A stretch of DNA of 52,664 nucleotides, filler included, from Squatina squatina (GCA_031763465.1; 3 parts of 3 records of this genome joined end to end with filler, not necessarily neighbours in it), one strand, 5' to 3'; positions 36,625 through 49,123 are shown, counted from the first letter of the whole stretch. A program made the numbers and translations. Notes: a model not told the origin generated them from the sequence alone.

Positions 36625-37031
36625 TAATGAGCTTGTGAAAAAGATCACAAAAGGAACTATTTAGTTTTTGAAGATCTAGGTTTAAAAGTCAATTGTTTTT
36701 AATTTACGGATCTTGATTGTGCCAGTTCTGGCCGAACTTGAGAGAACCTCAGTTTACATCTTGCTCATGGTTAGGAGAGCTGATTGAGCAGAGGAAGTGT
36801 TTATGTGTTCAAGGGCCACCCTTCAACACATAAAGTTCACCACATAAACACTTTGACTCTTCAATCAGCTCTTGATCTACAGCTCCCAATGTAATGTTGG
36901 ACTTGAATTTTGATTTGAACAGCCACAATCAATTGCTCCATAAATGAAACCCAGGTGTGTTTTTATCACTGGTACTATAAGATCTTCAGGCTTTTTAATT
37001 TTAAAAAATCTATTGTTTTCAGAGCTCATTA
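36625..37031. repeat. Long degenerate inverted repeat
   Basis: Five nested arm pairs around a centre near 36817-36828 (listed under findings). Confidence 0.8.
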
Positions 37032-37154
37032 ACGAATACACCTGTGAAAAAGAATCTCTGGTGTTTTGAATCGTTATTTTGCAACGTTCATTTTGAGTTT
37101 TCTTGCCAAAAGCCAGGAGATGTTTGTGTTGTAATACTTACAAGTAATGATCCC

Positions 37155-37474
37155 CAGCCCTACAACTCTGAGATCTGCACTCCTTCAGTTCTGGCCTCTT
37201 GGGCAACCCCAATTTTAATCGTTCTGCCATTGGCGGCCGTGCCTTCAGCTGCCAAGGGCCTAAGCTCTGGAATTCCCTTCTCAAACTTCTCCGCATCTTT
37301 ACCTCTCTCTCCTCCTTTAAGACACTCTGTAAAATCTACCTCTGTCCAAGCTTTTGATCATCTGCCCTAATATCTCCTTTTGTGGCTCAGTGTCAGATTT
37401 TGTTTGATAATCATTCCCGTGAAGCGCTTTGGGACGTTTTACTATGTTAGAGGTACTATATAAGTACAAATTGT
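37155..37474 (+). mobile_element. L2 LINE 3' end
   Basis: ggcggccgtgccttcagc...ctctggaattccct...ctttaagacac...gtgaagcgctttgggacgttttactatgtt. Confidence 0.8.
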
Positions 37475-38046
37475 GCAGCACGCTACTGTATTAATTAACT
37501 GCTTTTTGTACATGTTCAGTTTAGTAAATGGAGTCTTCCTAAACGGAACACCCAAGTAGTGATCAAAGTTCTCCCTTTAGTTAAGCAACCTTCGCAAAAT
37601 GAGGGAGATTCATGATTACTTGAGTAATCATTCCCTTTAATAAATGTCTCCATTAACAAGATTCTTTTACCTGGATGTACTGCACTGCAGGCCAGACCGT
37701 CTTCTCTTAACCAGCACTTAATGCTTGAAATTCTGCTGCTGTACTAAAGACTTTTAGCAAAACGCTACTCAAATAGTAGTCAAAACAAATTCCTCTGTGA
37801 TCTGGTAAAAGATAATGCTTAAGCTTACAGAATGTTCTTTTTGTAGCTGTGCCAAAAAGTGGATTGTTTTTAATGAATAGAGTGGGGTCAAAAGTGTTTA
37901 TTTTTTAAAAAACTTGTAACGCTTAATTTGAATTGTTATGACATAATGCAGAACTTTTAAAAGCTTGAGCATTTTGTAATTTTTTTTTTCTTATACCTGA
38001 TTTTTACCCAACTTTTTTAATGTATAGATTTAACTATGTTAGAAAA

Positions 38047-38146
38047 NNNNNNNNNNNNNNNNNNNNNNNNNNNNNNNNNNNNNNNNNNNNTTAATTAATT
38101 AANNNNNNNNNNNNNNNNNNNNNNNNNNNNNNNNNNNNNNNNNNNN
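38047..38146. other. Assembly join: 44 N + TTAATTAATTAA + 44 N
   Basis: Same synthetic linker as at 24267-24278. Confidence 0.9.
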
Positions 38147-41100
38147 GGGAGCGACATCTGGGCTTGAATCAGCTCAGACTGATAGATGAATCCCTTCCCT
38201 CTAACGGCTGCAAATGGTCCCATATGAAATTATTTTGCACCATCTCAGCTCACTTTCTGCGAGATGCAAGTCTACAACATAAAAACAGGACATAATTCAA
38301 CACTAATTGGCAAGGGAAGGATTGCAGACATTTACAGGATCTCTCATTGGCTTGGTCTTGTAATTTGTCCCGAGAGTCATTTGGATTATTGGAAGCATAC
38401 TACATTCACGCTTGCACAGCAAGTGCATTACCGATTCATATCAACAGCACCCAGCTGGAGAGAGGGTACCAATTTACAGTGACAAAGTGTTGCTGCTGGA
38501 TTGAATATCAGTAGTTTGTTTGCAGTAGATTATTTGTGAACCAGACAATTTAATTGCTAAAATTGGGTGAAGCACAATGTGATGGATATGTATGCATACC
38601 TAGTGTCCACAGCTATTCCCCATTATTCTGGTGTTTTCGGTCAGTTACTGTTATTCAATGCTTATTACGATGTCCATTTCTTAATGATTACTGTTTCTTA
38701 AAATTTACTAAAAAAAATCTTTGTCCATTACTTCTTAACTCTCCATAATGTCACCTTAACCTTCACACCGAACTAACTGGCTGATCTGTGATCACATTAC
38801 AGGACAGGAGCTCTGTATCCTGTANNNNNNNNNNNNNNNNNNNNNNNNNNNNNNNNNNNNNNNNNNNNNNNNNNNNNNNNNNNNNNNNNNNNNNNNNNNN
38901 NNNNNNNNNNNNNNNNNNNNNNNNTCCCATTAGCGGCCCTCAGGGGTGCTAACGGGGCAAAAAAGCAGAATTTTGCCCCCGAAATATTTGGTAACATACA
39001 CCAATCAGGCGTTACAGTTCCATGAATAGACAAACATTGCTTGAAATGAAGCTCGTTCTAATTTTGTAGACTCCCTTCATTTAGTGCTCTTCATAAAATA
39101 CTTTTTTTTCGTGCTGTGGAAAGATGGCAATTGTGTTGTAGGATGATTTGTTCTACCGGATGAATCTCCTAGCTTCATAATAACGAGAGCAATTCAGTGG
39201 AATCTAGAGGTATCAGTGTTTCATTTTTTTTCTTTGTTGAATGTATGTCAACCAGAGATTGATTAGTCATGTTTGGATTGACGTCATTTTAGTCTGTGGA
39301 GTCCATAGGGTCGCCTTACTGAACAGATGGTGAGGAGCTATTGGTGTTAATATGCACATGGTTCAGTAGCTAATGTTTAAGTTTTCCTCCCCTGCCTGGG
39401 GAGTGGAGAAAGCTACCCACCTGCATCATCTGCTGCTCCTGGTGCTTTTCATTTCCTCCACTGTTTGTGCTTTTTCACATGGCCCATGGTCAGATTGTCT
39501 GCGTCCTTGCTTCAATCAGGACATAGCCAGAATATACCGCACGTAATAAACAATTCTTCCTTTATCTGTGCTGAATGCAATAACCAAGAATAATAAGGGT
39601 TACCTTGGCCCTTGATTTATTTTTAACTTCTTTGCTAGTTTTTGGCAATGTTTTCACTCTTTGGCAATTAATTGATTATAAATTTGAAACCAACATGAAT
39701 TTAAATAATTAATCAGCTTGCCATTGAGTTAGCAAGTGCTGTCGAAACGTCTGAATATTCAGTCCGTTCACAGAAGACTGATGACACTGTCCTATTAACA
39801 ATGCAAAAACTGAAATGTAGCTCAATCTTTAATTTAATAACTGAGCAATTTACATACATACCAATTGAAAAATAACATATGAGCAAGCTAGTTTTAATTC
39901 AGTGTGATACTTGTGCTTTACAGTGCCAGTTACTGAACACCTACCTAACCCGGAATCAGTGTTATTTTCAAAATGGTTTTATGTATCTGGACACTTGATT
40001 TATCATTTTATTAATTTATTATACAGACTCTGAGACCCTACAGATGACACATTCCTTCAAAATGGAATATTTTTTAAACAAAATACGCATGAACCTAATT
40101 CTATAGTTTTGATGTCCAAGCACATCAAAGATTAAGTGTGGAGGAAGATTTATTTTCAATACACAACATTCCTTACTCTCCTCCCCCAACCCTCCTCCTC
40201 CCAGCTAATGTGGAAAACTGATTTTAAGAAATAAGCCTCCTATCTCGTAGAAAGTATTCATAGTTTCCATTCCCTGAAATTCACCATTTTGTTCTCCCCT
40301 CCCTAGCTGTTGTCCAATATGGCGAGTACCAGCGTGTGGCTCCATATTTAATCCTACAAAATCAAAATCTTCCTGGTTCTGGATTCCAATCAGAAGAGAG
40401 AAATTGAGAGAGATTTGTACCGGTCAACCAAAACTATGTACTCAGTTGGTTGTGTTTTCTCCCATTCAACATGCAGGATAGAAATGATGCTGATCATCTG
40501 GATTGCCTACATTAACATCCCTGTGGCGAGCTGATAACTCAGCAGCCACCTCAAGAGAGGAGAGACCTGAAACAATAAGTGCTCAGGGTAAGGGAAACCA
40601 AGAATAAAATTATGAATATCGCGATTTAATAAGTCATTTTATCATTTTTCCACATTAACGAGAAGGGACAATCACGAATATTGAAAAAAGTTTGCTCTGT
40701 ACTGCCCTACTCAGTGAAAAATTCTCGCATTATGTATTCAGTATATTCCAAACTTTTAATGCTGTGCCATTTGGGGACTATATGAAGAAGGAAGATTTGA
40801 GTGTACAGGAAGGAAAAATGAAGTGTCAATGATTAAAGTTTAGCAAACAGGTTACATTATGTGGGTGTGTTTCTGCGCGAGCTGGTATGAAACATCATTA
40901 GCGACTCTGTTCAAGTTTTTGAGAATTCTGCTAACAAGTGAACTTTTTGAAGCGAAGGTCACCCCAGGGGGGGGAAGGCAAGCAGTGAAATAGCTAAGTG
41001 TTTTTTTATTGAAGATTCAGTGCTGGTGAAGTTAATTGAGATGGGGAAATTGCCTCATTGGAAGATACACAGGAGTGGAAATTGACAGTTGTCTTTGTTT

Positions 41101-41154
41101 TTCCTGAAGTCACTCTGTGGTCCCTTGACCAACAGTGGAGATGCATGTTAAACC

Positions 41155-41250
41155 AGAGAATGCTGGAAATACTCAGCAGGTCAGGCAGCATCGGTGGAGA
41201 CAGAAACAGAGTTAACGTTTCAGGTCGATGAACCTTCATCAGAACTGGAG
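41155..41250 (-). mobile_element. Penelope-like element terminal fragment
   Basis: aatgctggaaatactcagcaggtcaggcagcatc...agaaacagagttaacgtttcaggtc...ttcatcagaactgg; second copy at ~48990-49123. Confidence 0.7.
41210..41246 (-). ncRNA. Minimal type-I hammerhead ribozyme motif
   Basis: Minus strand: AGTT-CTGATGA-AGGT-tcatcg-ACCT-GAAA-CG-TT-AACT. Stem I, core, stem II, GAAA, palindromic stem III (ACGT) and UH site all present. Confidence 0.7.
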
Positions 41251-41559
41251 ATGCATACATATTCTGGAGTTTTGCTCGATTATCTTTGGGAAGTATTTCT
41301 GGTGAACTTTCCCTCATGAAGTTAAACAGATGGGGTAGACTCTATCATAGAATAAATTGTACATTGCTGAAGAAAAGCGTGAGCTCAGTAGGGAAAATTG
41401 CCTTTTGTCACTCTGTATTTTGGTTAAATTTATTCCCATCTTCCACCTCCTGAAGGCATNNNNNNNNNNNNNNNNNNNNNNNNNNNNNNNNNNNNNNNNN
41501 NNNNNNNNNNNNNNNNNNNNNNNNNNNNNNNNNNNNNNNNNNNNNNNNNNNNNNNNNNN

Positions 41560-41818
41560 GAACACCACCACCACCTCCAAGTTCACCTCCAAGTCACACA
41601 CCAACCTAACTTGGAAATATTTCACCATTCCATCATCGTTGCCGGATCAAAATCCTGGAACTCCCTTCCTAACAGCGCTGTGAGATTACCTTCATCACAT
41701 GGACTGCAGTGGTTCAAGAAGGCGGCTCACTACCACCTTCTCAAAGGCAATTAGGGATGGACAATAAATGCTGCCTTGCCAGTGATGCCCACATCCCACG
41801 AACGAATAAATAAAAAAA
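41560..41818 (+). mobile_element. LINE/SINE 3' segment (same tail as 78-187)
   Basis: ggactgcagtggttcaagaaggcggctcactaccaccttctcaaaggcaattagggatggacaataaatgc...aataaataaaaaa. Confidence 0.75.
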
Positions 41819-42516
41819 TCTATGCCCCTATTTATAAAACTTGAGATCCCTTATCCTAGTTTTTTATTACAGCTTTGTCAACTTTGCTCTCACTTGTAAA
41901 GATTGCTGCAATGTTTAAATTGCCTAAAGAAATGCACACGTGGTGATTGGGAGTCGAGAGCTCCTCTTTGAGGCTGTCAGCAATGCCAATGGATCAATTC
42001 TCTATCCCTTCCATCCAGTGCACCCAGAATAATTTGTAAAAAGTAACAACCTTAAAAAAAAAAGCCAGTCATTTATTGCTTTTTTTTTCTGAACTTCAGA
42101 TAACCTGGACACTCCAAGGTGAGAGCCAAGCAACTGCCAGTCCTGAGAAATTCGCAACAGCAACTAGCTTGTATTTAATTTCAGGATGTGACTATTTAAA
42201 CCACTTGGAGTACTTGAGCGGAGGGCTGAAGGAGACAGGCCTGAGTTGCAGCTAAACACCACAACAATGCTCCAAACCTCAGACTACCCAGGGCAACACC
42301 ACAGGAAATGAGCTAATATTATAGAAAATAATGGAGAGTCATGCCTGGATGAAATATAGGTTCTCTAAAGGAATGGAGGTCTCCCAATCCTTTTCTTTGC
42401 AAGTCAAAACTAATATCAGGAAATATAATTGTCGGACTTGTCATTGACCACCTATAATTCTATATTTAACTACCCTTCTTTCTTTTATTACTTTAGCAGG
42501 AACGTTTGCTTAAAGG

Positions 42517-42615
42517 ATGGACCCACCATGTGTGTCTTGGCATAGCCCACCTCCCGTACATAGCCATCAAAACATACCTAGTAGCATTGATCGGGAGCAA
42601 AATGTCGTCTACTCG
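42517..42615 (+). CDS. Candidate first coding exon of an unidentified gene (MDPPCVSWHSPPPVHSHQNIPSSIDREQNVVYS)
   Basis: Strong pyrimidine tract with tagcag| acceptor (42499), Kozak aggATGg, donor TCG|gtgagt in phase 0. No homolog recognised. Confidence 0.35.
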
Positions 42616-43518
42616 GTGAGTGCAATTAGTTTTTCATTTGTAGTCCCTGGAAGATTGACAGTGACACTGACAGGGTGGATGAGTCTGTGCAGATCAGTGT
42701 ACAATAGCTGACAGATTTCCCAGTGAAACCTTCTCCCCACATCTCTTCAGCAGGTAAATCCCTATAATCCACTGACTGGCTGACGGCGATTTTCATGAGC
42801 TGAAGCTGGTGAATAGTCCCATAGTAAGCAGCTATGAAATCTCATTAAGCAAGCCTTTCACACTCTGTTATCCTGGCATTACATATTATAATGAGTCGTT
42901 GTGATGAAGNNNNNNNNNNNNNNNNNNNNNNNNNNNNNNNNNNNNNNNNNNNNNNNNNNNNNNNNNNNNNNNNNNNNNNNNNNNNNNNNNNNNNNNNNNN
43001 NNNNNNNNNAATTTGGGGTCAGACATTGTAGAATGAATGTTAGGAAGGAGCAAATCACCGCAGTGCAGTTTTGATTTTAATTTCACTGTTATGAGTTATC
43101 ACATCACTAAGTAATGAAATGATTCCCAATGTCCACAGAATAATACTAAGACAATCATTCAATGTTATCTCCTGTGGAGATTATTTTAATATCTCAAATA
43201 ATATGATTTTTCATTCATATCTGAAGACAGATACTGATGTAATTTCACAGCTTCTTGAAGTGTGTGTTGTTACTGATATGACACTGTGATATTCTGTCAT
43301 TTGCAACTGGCTGGAAGTGGCAGGTAATACGGTTGATTCCTATTAATGACCACATTCCTTTATGAGCAATATTATAACGGGCACTAGTAAATTCCCAATG
43401 GATTTAAATCACAACCCATGGAATTTGTTTAATGTTTTCATGACTGCAGTGAAGGAAAAATTTGGACAATTACTGTTTCATTTCTGGTTCAGCAACAACA
43501 ACTTGTATTTATTATATA

Positions 43519-44531
43519 GGAGGTGAAATTCCCTCGCGCCTCTGTGGAGGGCTGGCGCCCAAAGATTTCAGGTGAGTAGCGCCTCCGTTCATAGGCGACA
43601 CAACGTCGCAAAATTTGGGACTTTTTTTTCCTAGACAAGATCGTCGGGGCGGGAACCGCATCTTTAGGCACAGGGAGGGAGATGCCTGAGCGGGCCCCGG
43701 AGGCGCGGTGCAAAGAAGAATCAGAGGCTGCAGCAGGCCATCGAAGAGGTAAGTAGTCGGGTAGATTTTTCTTTTCACATCGGAAGGCAGCTGGAGAAGA
43801 GGTCGGGGAAAATCATCAAGAAAAGAAGAGCCTGTCGGTGAGGTTGGCAAAGTGCAGAGGTGGGCAGTTTCTGTGCCAGGTACGTGAGCAGTTTCTGTGC
43901 CATGTATGTGGGCAGTTTCTGACCCATGTATGTGGGGAGGTGATGTGCCATGTATGTGGGGAGGTGAAGGGGCAGAGCAGGGCACAAAAGGGGGCAATAA
44001 CAGCACAATAAAAGGGGGCCATAGGTCGGGCAGAGCCCATGCCATACGGCAGCCCGATCGGGGCCATGGAGCTCGCAGAGCCGACGGCATATGGCAGCCC
44101 GATCGGGGCTATATTCAGGGGCCACATCATATGAAAGGATTTTATAGGGTCTGGTGACAAACCCTCAGGCGATTGATGGCCACCGGGCAATGGCCCTGCA
44201 GTCCCCGATGTTCAGCGCCAACAACAAGATGGCGGCCGGAGCCATCAGAAAAGTGGAACGCCAACTTTTCTCGGCGTTGCATTTGGGAGGACTCTGTAGG
44301 CGCAAAGTTTGGGGAATTTTGAAACGGGGCGCCAACGAGGCACACATCATCGGAGGCACTAACTCGATCTCGCCTGGGTGTGGAGGTGCAAAAGTTTAAT
44401 GCCTAAAGTTTTCCCCTAACAAATTTCGCGGGAGGCGCAAAATGACGATTTAACGCCTAAAGAATTTTTAACGATCCGTTAACACTTTAAGTAGGCGTTA
44501 ACCAAATTTCGATCCATGCCGAATTTCACCG
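43519..44531. mobile_element. Non-autonomous Harbinger-like element of ~1 kb with internal tandem repeats
   Basis: TIR ggtgaaattc ... gaatttcacc; GC/CpG-rich interior in AT-rich flanks. Confidence 0.7.
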
Positions 44532-46274
44532 TGCCGTGGTCTCTGTGGCCATCTTCAGCCAGAACAGCCTTTATGTTCAGAGTAACATCACCAGTGGTAC
44601 ACCCCCCCATAAAAATGAGCCAGACCCTGGGAATTCAGACAGGGTCACAAGACAGGCTGCCATGCTGCCCAAGAAATTTTAAGGCCTCCAGGGCGCCCAA
44701 TTCGATTGCTCTAAATTTCGGGCGCTAACAGATGAATCGTTGGGCATTAAGTTTTGGTCTTAGAACTTCAGGCTAAAGTATGCCTTTTCAACACGTAGAA
44801 ACAATTTGTAAAACAGCCTAAAAAACATGCAACTTTCAGCGCTAAAGGGCCCATACTTAGCCCTGACTTTCTTAGTCTTTTTCAGGTGTTCAATCTTTCA
44901 ATTGGTTTAAGTGCTTCCATTAATCTATCAGCCCATGTCAGTAGTTAAAGGGGGGCACTTCCATCACATTGGCACTGCNNNNNNNNNNNNNNNNNNNNNN
45001 NNNNNNNNNNNNNNNNNNNNNNNNNNNNNNNNNNNNNNNNNNNNNNNNNNNNNNNNNNNNNNNNNNNNNNNNNNNNNNGCCTCGGGGCTGGAAGAGGTAG
45101 GTTTGGTGGGGGGGGGGGAGAGACCCAATGCAGCAATGGCCTAGATTGTTTTGGGGTACCCGGAGGTGTACCCCTGCTCCTCCCAGTCCCAGAAAAATAA
45201 ATGAAAACTTACCTATTGGGCTCCTCTTCAGCTGGGCAGCCAATTGATAAAGGGCAACGCATGTGCAGTGCACATTTCACCAAGTAAAGTGGCAATCGGT
45301 AGGACCCAGATTTGCATAATAAATGAGGCCTATCACCTGACTCAGTTGGATGCTCCGGCCACCCAGTGGTAGGCCCTGGGTAAGATAGGGATGGCCACTC
45401 CATTGGTAACAATAGGGTGTTAAGTCATTCCCCACAATATTTGGAGTGCTACTGCCCTGGTTCTGTTGGGGGCGGGAGGCCTAAAAGCACCCCCAAGACT
45501 TTTAATTCTGTAAGTATAATATCTCATATTTTCTGTAATTAGTATGTGGTATTTATTCTCTCTCTTCTTAAAGCTAAAACAAAGGCATCTGGGGTTGAGG
45601 AAGATTAAAGGGTCGGTCTCCTACAACTAATTCGACACTCTCTTCTTCGGTAATAGAATCAAATGCCAGTAAATGCTTGTAAATCACACATTGTGAGATC
45701 CCTCAGGTGAGTACAAGGAAAGGTTAATTTAGAAAAATAGTCACTTGTCTAGCTTTATGCACATATCAGCAGAAATGAATTGGAAATTAAATTACAAGGC
45801 ATACAAGTGTAGCAAAACATGTTGTCTGCCAACATTTTAATTGAATTTTATGATGCTATTTTCCTATGACACTTGCAGAAATGGAATCACAATGGAGACA
45901 GAGTTTGTTACAGGGATTTGAAACTAATGCTCCCAACTTACAGCTACCCAGCTGAAAGATGTTCTTTTAATTTTCCTTTGTTATATGAAAATGGTTTATA
46001 GCCATCAAGCCACAAATGAAACTTGTCTCTAATTGATAAGCCAAACATGCGATATTCAGTGGCCTTACCCTACGGAGGGTTTAATGAACTGTCTCCATTG
46101 TTATCATGTACTCATTTATACAAACTTAGGCAAATAAAACTGCAGTTGGGATATTTGTTGTGGAAAAGTTTATCTGCACTAATTAGAGTGCAGTGTATAA
46201 CTTTAAAAACATTAAAGTATTATCCAGGAACAAATTGTTGATTTTTAAAAAACTACAAATAAAATTTTAGAAAT

Positions 46275-46800
46275 TTCAGCACAGTAGCAGGCCACTCACC
46301 CCATCACGTCTGTGCCAGCACTATCTCCATGTCAGTGTTATCTAGTCTAATGGCATTTCCCTAGTCTTTCTTCACACCTTTAGTATTTATCTAATTGCCT
46401 TTTAAATATAATTGATTTAGCATCAATTCACTTTTGCATGCACTATTGCATTCCTTATTCTAATAACTAGTTGTGCGAAAATATTTCTTCTAACTTGCTT
46501 TTTTGTGCTTCTATTACTAATCCTAAATGTATGCCTCCTTTTTAGCAATTCACTGAAGAATGGAAATAATCTTTTGTTAGTTATCCTCTCAAGTCCTGTT
46601 AGATTTTAAAAATCCCATTTACCATCTCTATTCTAGTCCATGTCTCTCAAGCCTCTTATCATAACTATGCCTCTCATTTCCTATGTGAATCTACATTGCA
46701 CCTTTTCCATTTCTCTTCTACTCTTCCACAAACAGAGTGCCCGCGCCTGTACTCAACAGTCCTACGGTACCCAAACTAAGGTCTGTGTAAACTCAGCATC
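46275..46800 (-). mobile_element. Old CR1 3' fragment
   Basis: gcaggccactcaccccatcacgtctgtgccagc resembles a CR1 tail in reverse, followed by decayed RT-like sequence. Confidence 0.5.
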
Positions 46801-47594
46801 ACATCGCTGCTTTTGGTCCATGGTACAAGTGATGAATTGTTGGGTTTGCTGAATAATACATTTGCTACGCCCTTGATCATCAGTGACCAGTGGACTGATA
46901 CTGCGGATATCTCTTGTAGTAGCTTGGAATGAGCCAATGATATAAAATTGAGACTCTGCTCACTAGAAGTGCTAGCTCTATATTTAAGGATGTCTACAAG
47001 TCCTGAAACATATAGGGCATTTGTAACTGCCTCCCAGCTAAGTCTGTGCTTCAGAGACAGTGCTTCTCAGTCGTTGGCAGCCAGTTGTGCTCGGGCCTGT
47101 AATTGAGAATCGGTAGGATAGAAGCAGGCAGAGACTATGCTTCTGGCGCTCTCTGAAATCTCTGGCAGTCCTTCTCTGTTCATCCTTGTTTCACAGTTGG
47201 CACCAGCAAAATGCAACACACTGACTACTTCACACTTTTTGGTAACTGCAAGACTTGTCTTGGTACCAAACAGTTTGTTTTTTAAAAACACCGTTGATAT
47301 AATGAAGCATGTTATAATTCACATGCAAAATTTATAATACCACACATGGAATGTTATTAACATAATTTTAAAAGTTAGTTCAAGCCCACTGAGAATAAAA
47401 TAACTTGAAACATCCACAGCCCCTGTAATTTTAGTCATTTTCAGTGTGAATTAATGAAAAAGTCTTTACAGTCTATTAAAGTTCATATACCTCTCCTGTC
47501 TGAGCCAAGAATCTAGTACCTGAGCCACATGTATCCAACATTTCAGAATGCACCAATTGCCTTGATTTCTGATATGCAAGAACTTTGTGACCTC

Positions 47595-47663
47595 CAGTGT
47601 CCATTTCATATGGAAGAGACCACCCAGAAGACCAACACAGCTGGTTGCACATTGCACAGGAGG
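47595..47663 (+). mobile_element. Fragment of Harbinger Myb/SANT-like ORF
   Basis: agaccaacacagctggttgcacattgcacaggagg is nearly identical to the reverse complement of 50051-50087. Confidence 0.7.
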
Positions 47664-48869
47664 NNNNNNNNNNNNNNNNNNNNNNNNNNNNNNNNNNNNN
47701 NNNNNNNNNNNNNNNNNNNNNNNNNNNNNNNNNNNNNNNNNNNNNNNNNNNNNNNNNNNNNNNTAAAAATAAATATTGAGCACTTCAGTTCATTATAATA
47801 AAGGCCTTCACTGTATCATATGTTCAAAGTAAATGCGGTGTGCATTATTAAATGAATTCATGCACCAGGCCTATCCTTGTTTAATTAATACACTTCATTG
47901 AAGTTTATTTAATTTTCTTCAATTACAACCCCCTGACAGGGTTACTATACCATGCACTTGCAGATGCCAAGCCCTCATTTACTTGTTTACACTATTGGGA
48001 TTTGAAAGTGAAGGGCAGCTGAGCAGTGTGCTGTGTGGAACGTGATGACTGGATAGCTTCCGATGTCGTTATATTGATTTGCACACTTTATTTATAGGCA
48101 ACTACATCTGATCAAATAAAATTGCAACTAGATGGACAACTTTGTCAGACAGTGCTGGAGTAAACAGAATGATTAATCTAATTATATACTAAAACACAAT
48201 TATTATGAAGTTTGTAGACTGAGAATTTGCTTCCACTACATATTGCCACAAGCATCATCCACTGTGAAAGTCATCTGATGTTCTAAAGGCATAAGTGATG
48301 ACAGCACCTGTATTGTGCTTTAGCAATACGCATACTTAAGCAACTTTTAAAAGCTTAATACATGCTTAATCGCGAAAAGTTTATCATGTAGTATTGTATT
48401 TGAGTACCATAGGCTCTGCATCCCATGAAACAGTCATTATCACTCATGGCACTGCATAAAAATTAGCCCTGGTTCCAAAGAATGACGATTGATATATTTA
48501 TTAAGTGAGGAACATACAGTGCTCAAGTGCAGCTTTCATTACATGAAACAATGCGCAGTTATGAAGCATGGACACTCACAATCGTTGCGGCTTAACAAAT
48601 ATTCCATATCCTTACTGGGCAATAAATCAACTAAGGTTTTCTTTTAATATGGATTTGTTTTTAATTGCCATATAATTACCAGCTGACCCATTTTTTTTCT
48701 CTGACTGAGAGCCGCTGTTACTTTCTGTAACAGTCAGTCAGATCATGAATTCATATAAACTCAGGCAATCGAGACTCACCCACGATCATCTTTGCTCCAG
48801 GCACCAAATATATTTGCAGACTCAAAACAATCTAAGTTGGGGCTGTGGTGTTTATGGTGCAGAGGTAAC

Positions 48870-48990
48870 ATGTACAAAGCACAATTAAAGGACACAAAAA
48901 CTGCTGTTAGAGCAGCCAAAAGGACACTGGAGAAGAGAATGATGGACAATTGTGGTAATAAAGCTAAAAGCTTTTTTAGCTACAACATAA
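48870..48990 (+). mobile_element. Old CR1 ORF2 linker-region fragment
   Basis: YKAQLKDTKTAVRAAKRTLEKRMMDNCGNKAKSFFSY. Confidence 0.6.
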
Positions 48991-49123
48991 ACAAAATACT
49001 GCGGATACTAGAAATCTGAAATAAAAACAGAAAATACTGGAAACCCTTCAAGGTCAGGCATTATCTGTGGAAAGAGAAACAGAGTTAGTGTTTAAAGTCA
49101 ACAACGTTTCATCAGAACTGGGA
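48990..49123 (-). mobile_element. Penelope-like terminal fragment with decayed hammerhead
   Basis: Aligns with 41155-41250; CTGATGA kept, GAAA changed to TAAA, stems II and III disrupted. Confidence 0.65.

Noticed and set aside
47197-47241. Possible 45-nt exon (LAPAKCNTLTTSHFL) with cag| and |gtaact
   Set aside because: No recognisable homology and a weak donor; expected by chance.
49083-49119. Second hammerhead ribozyme
   Set aside because: GAAA box changed to TAAA and stems II/III disrupted.
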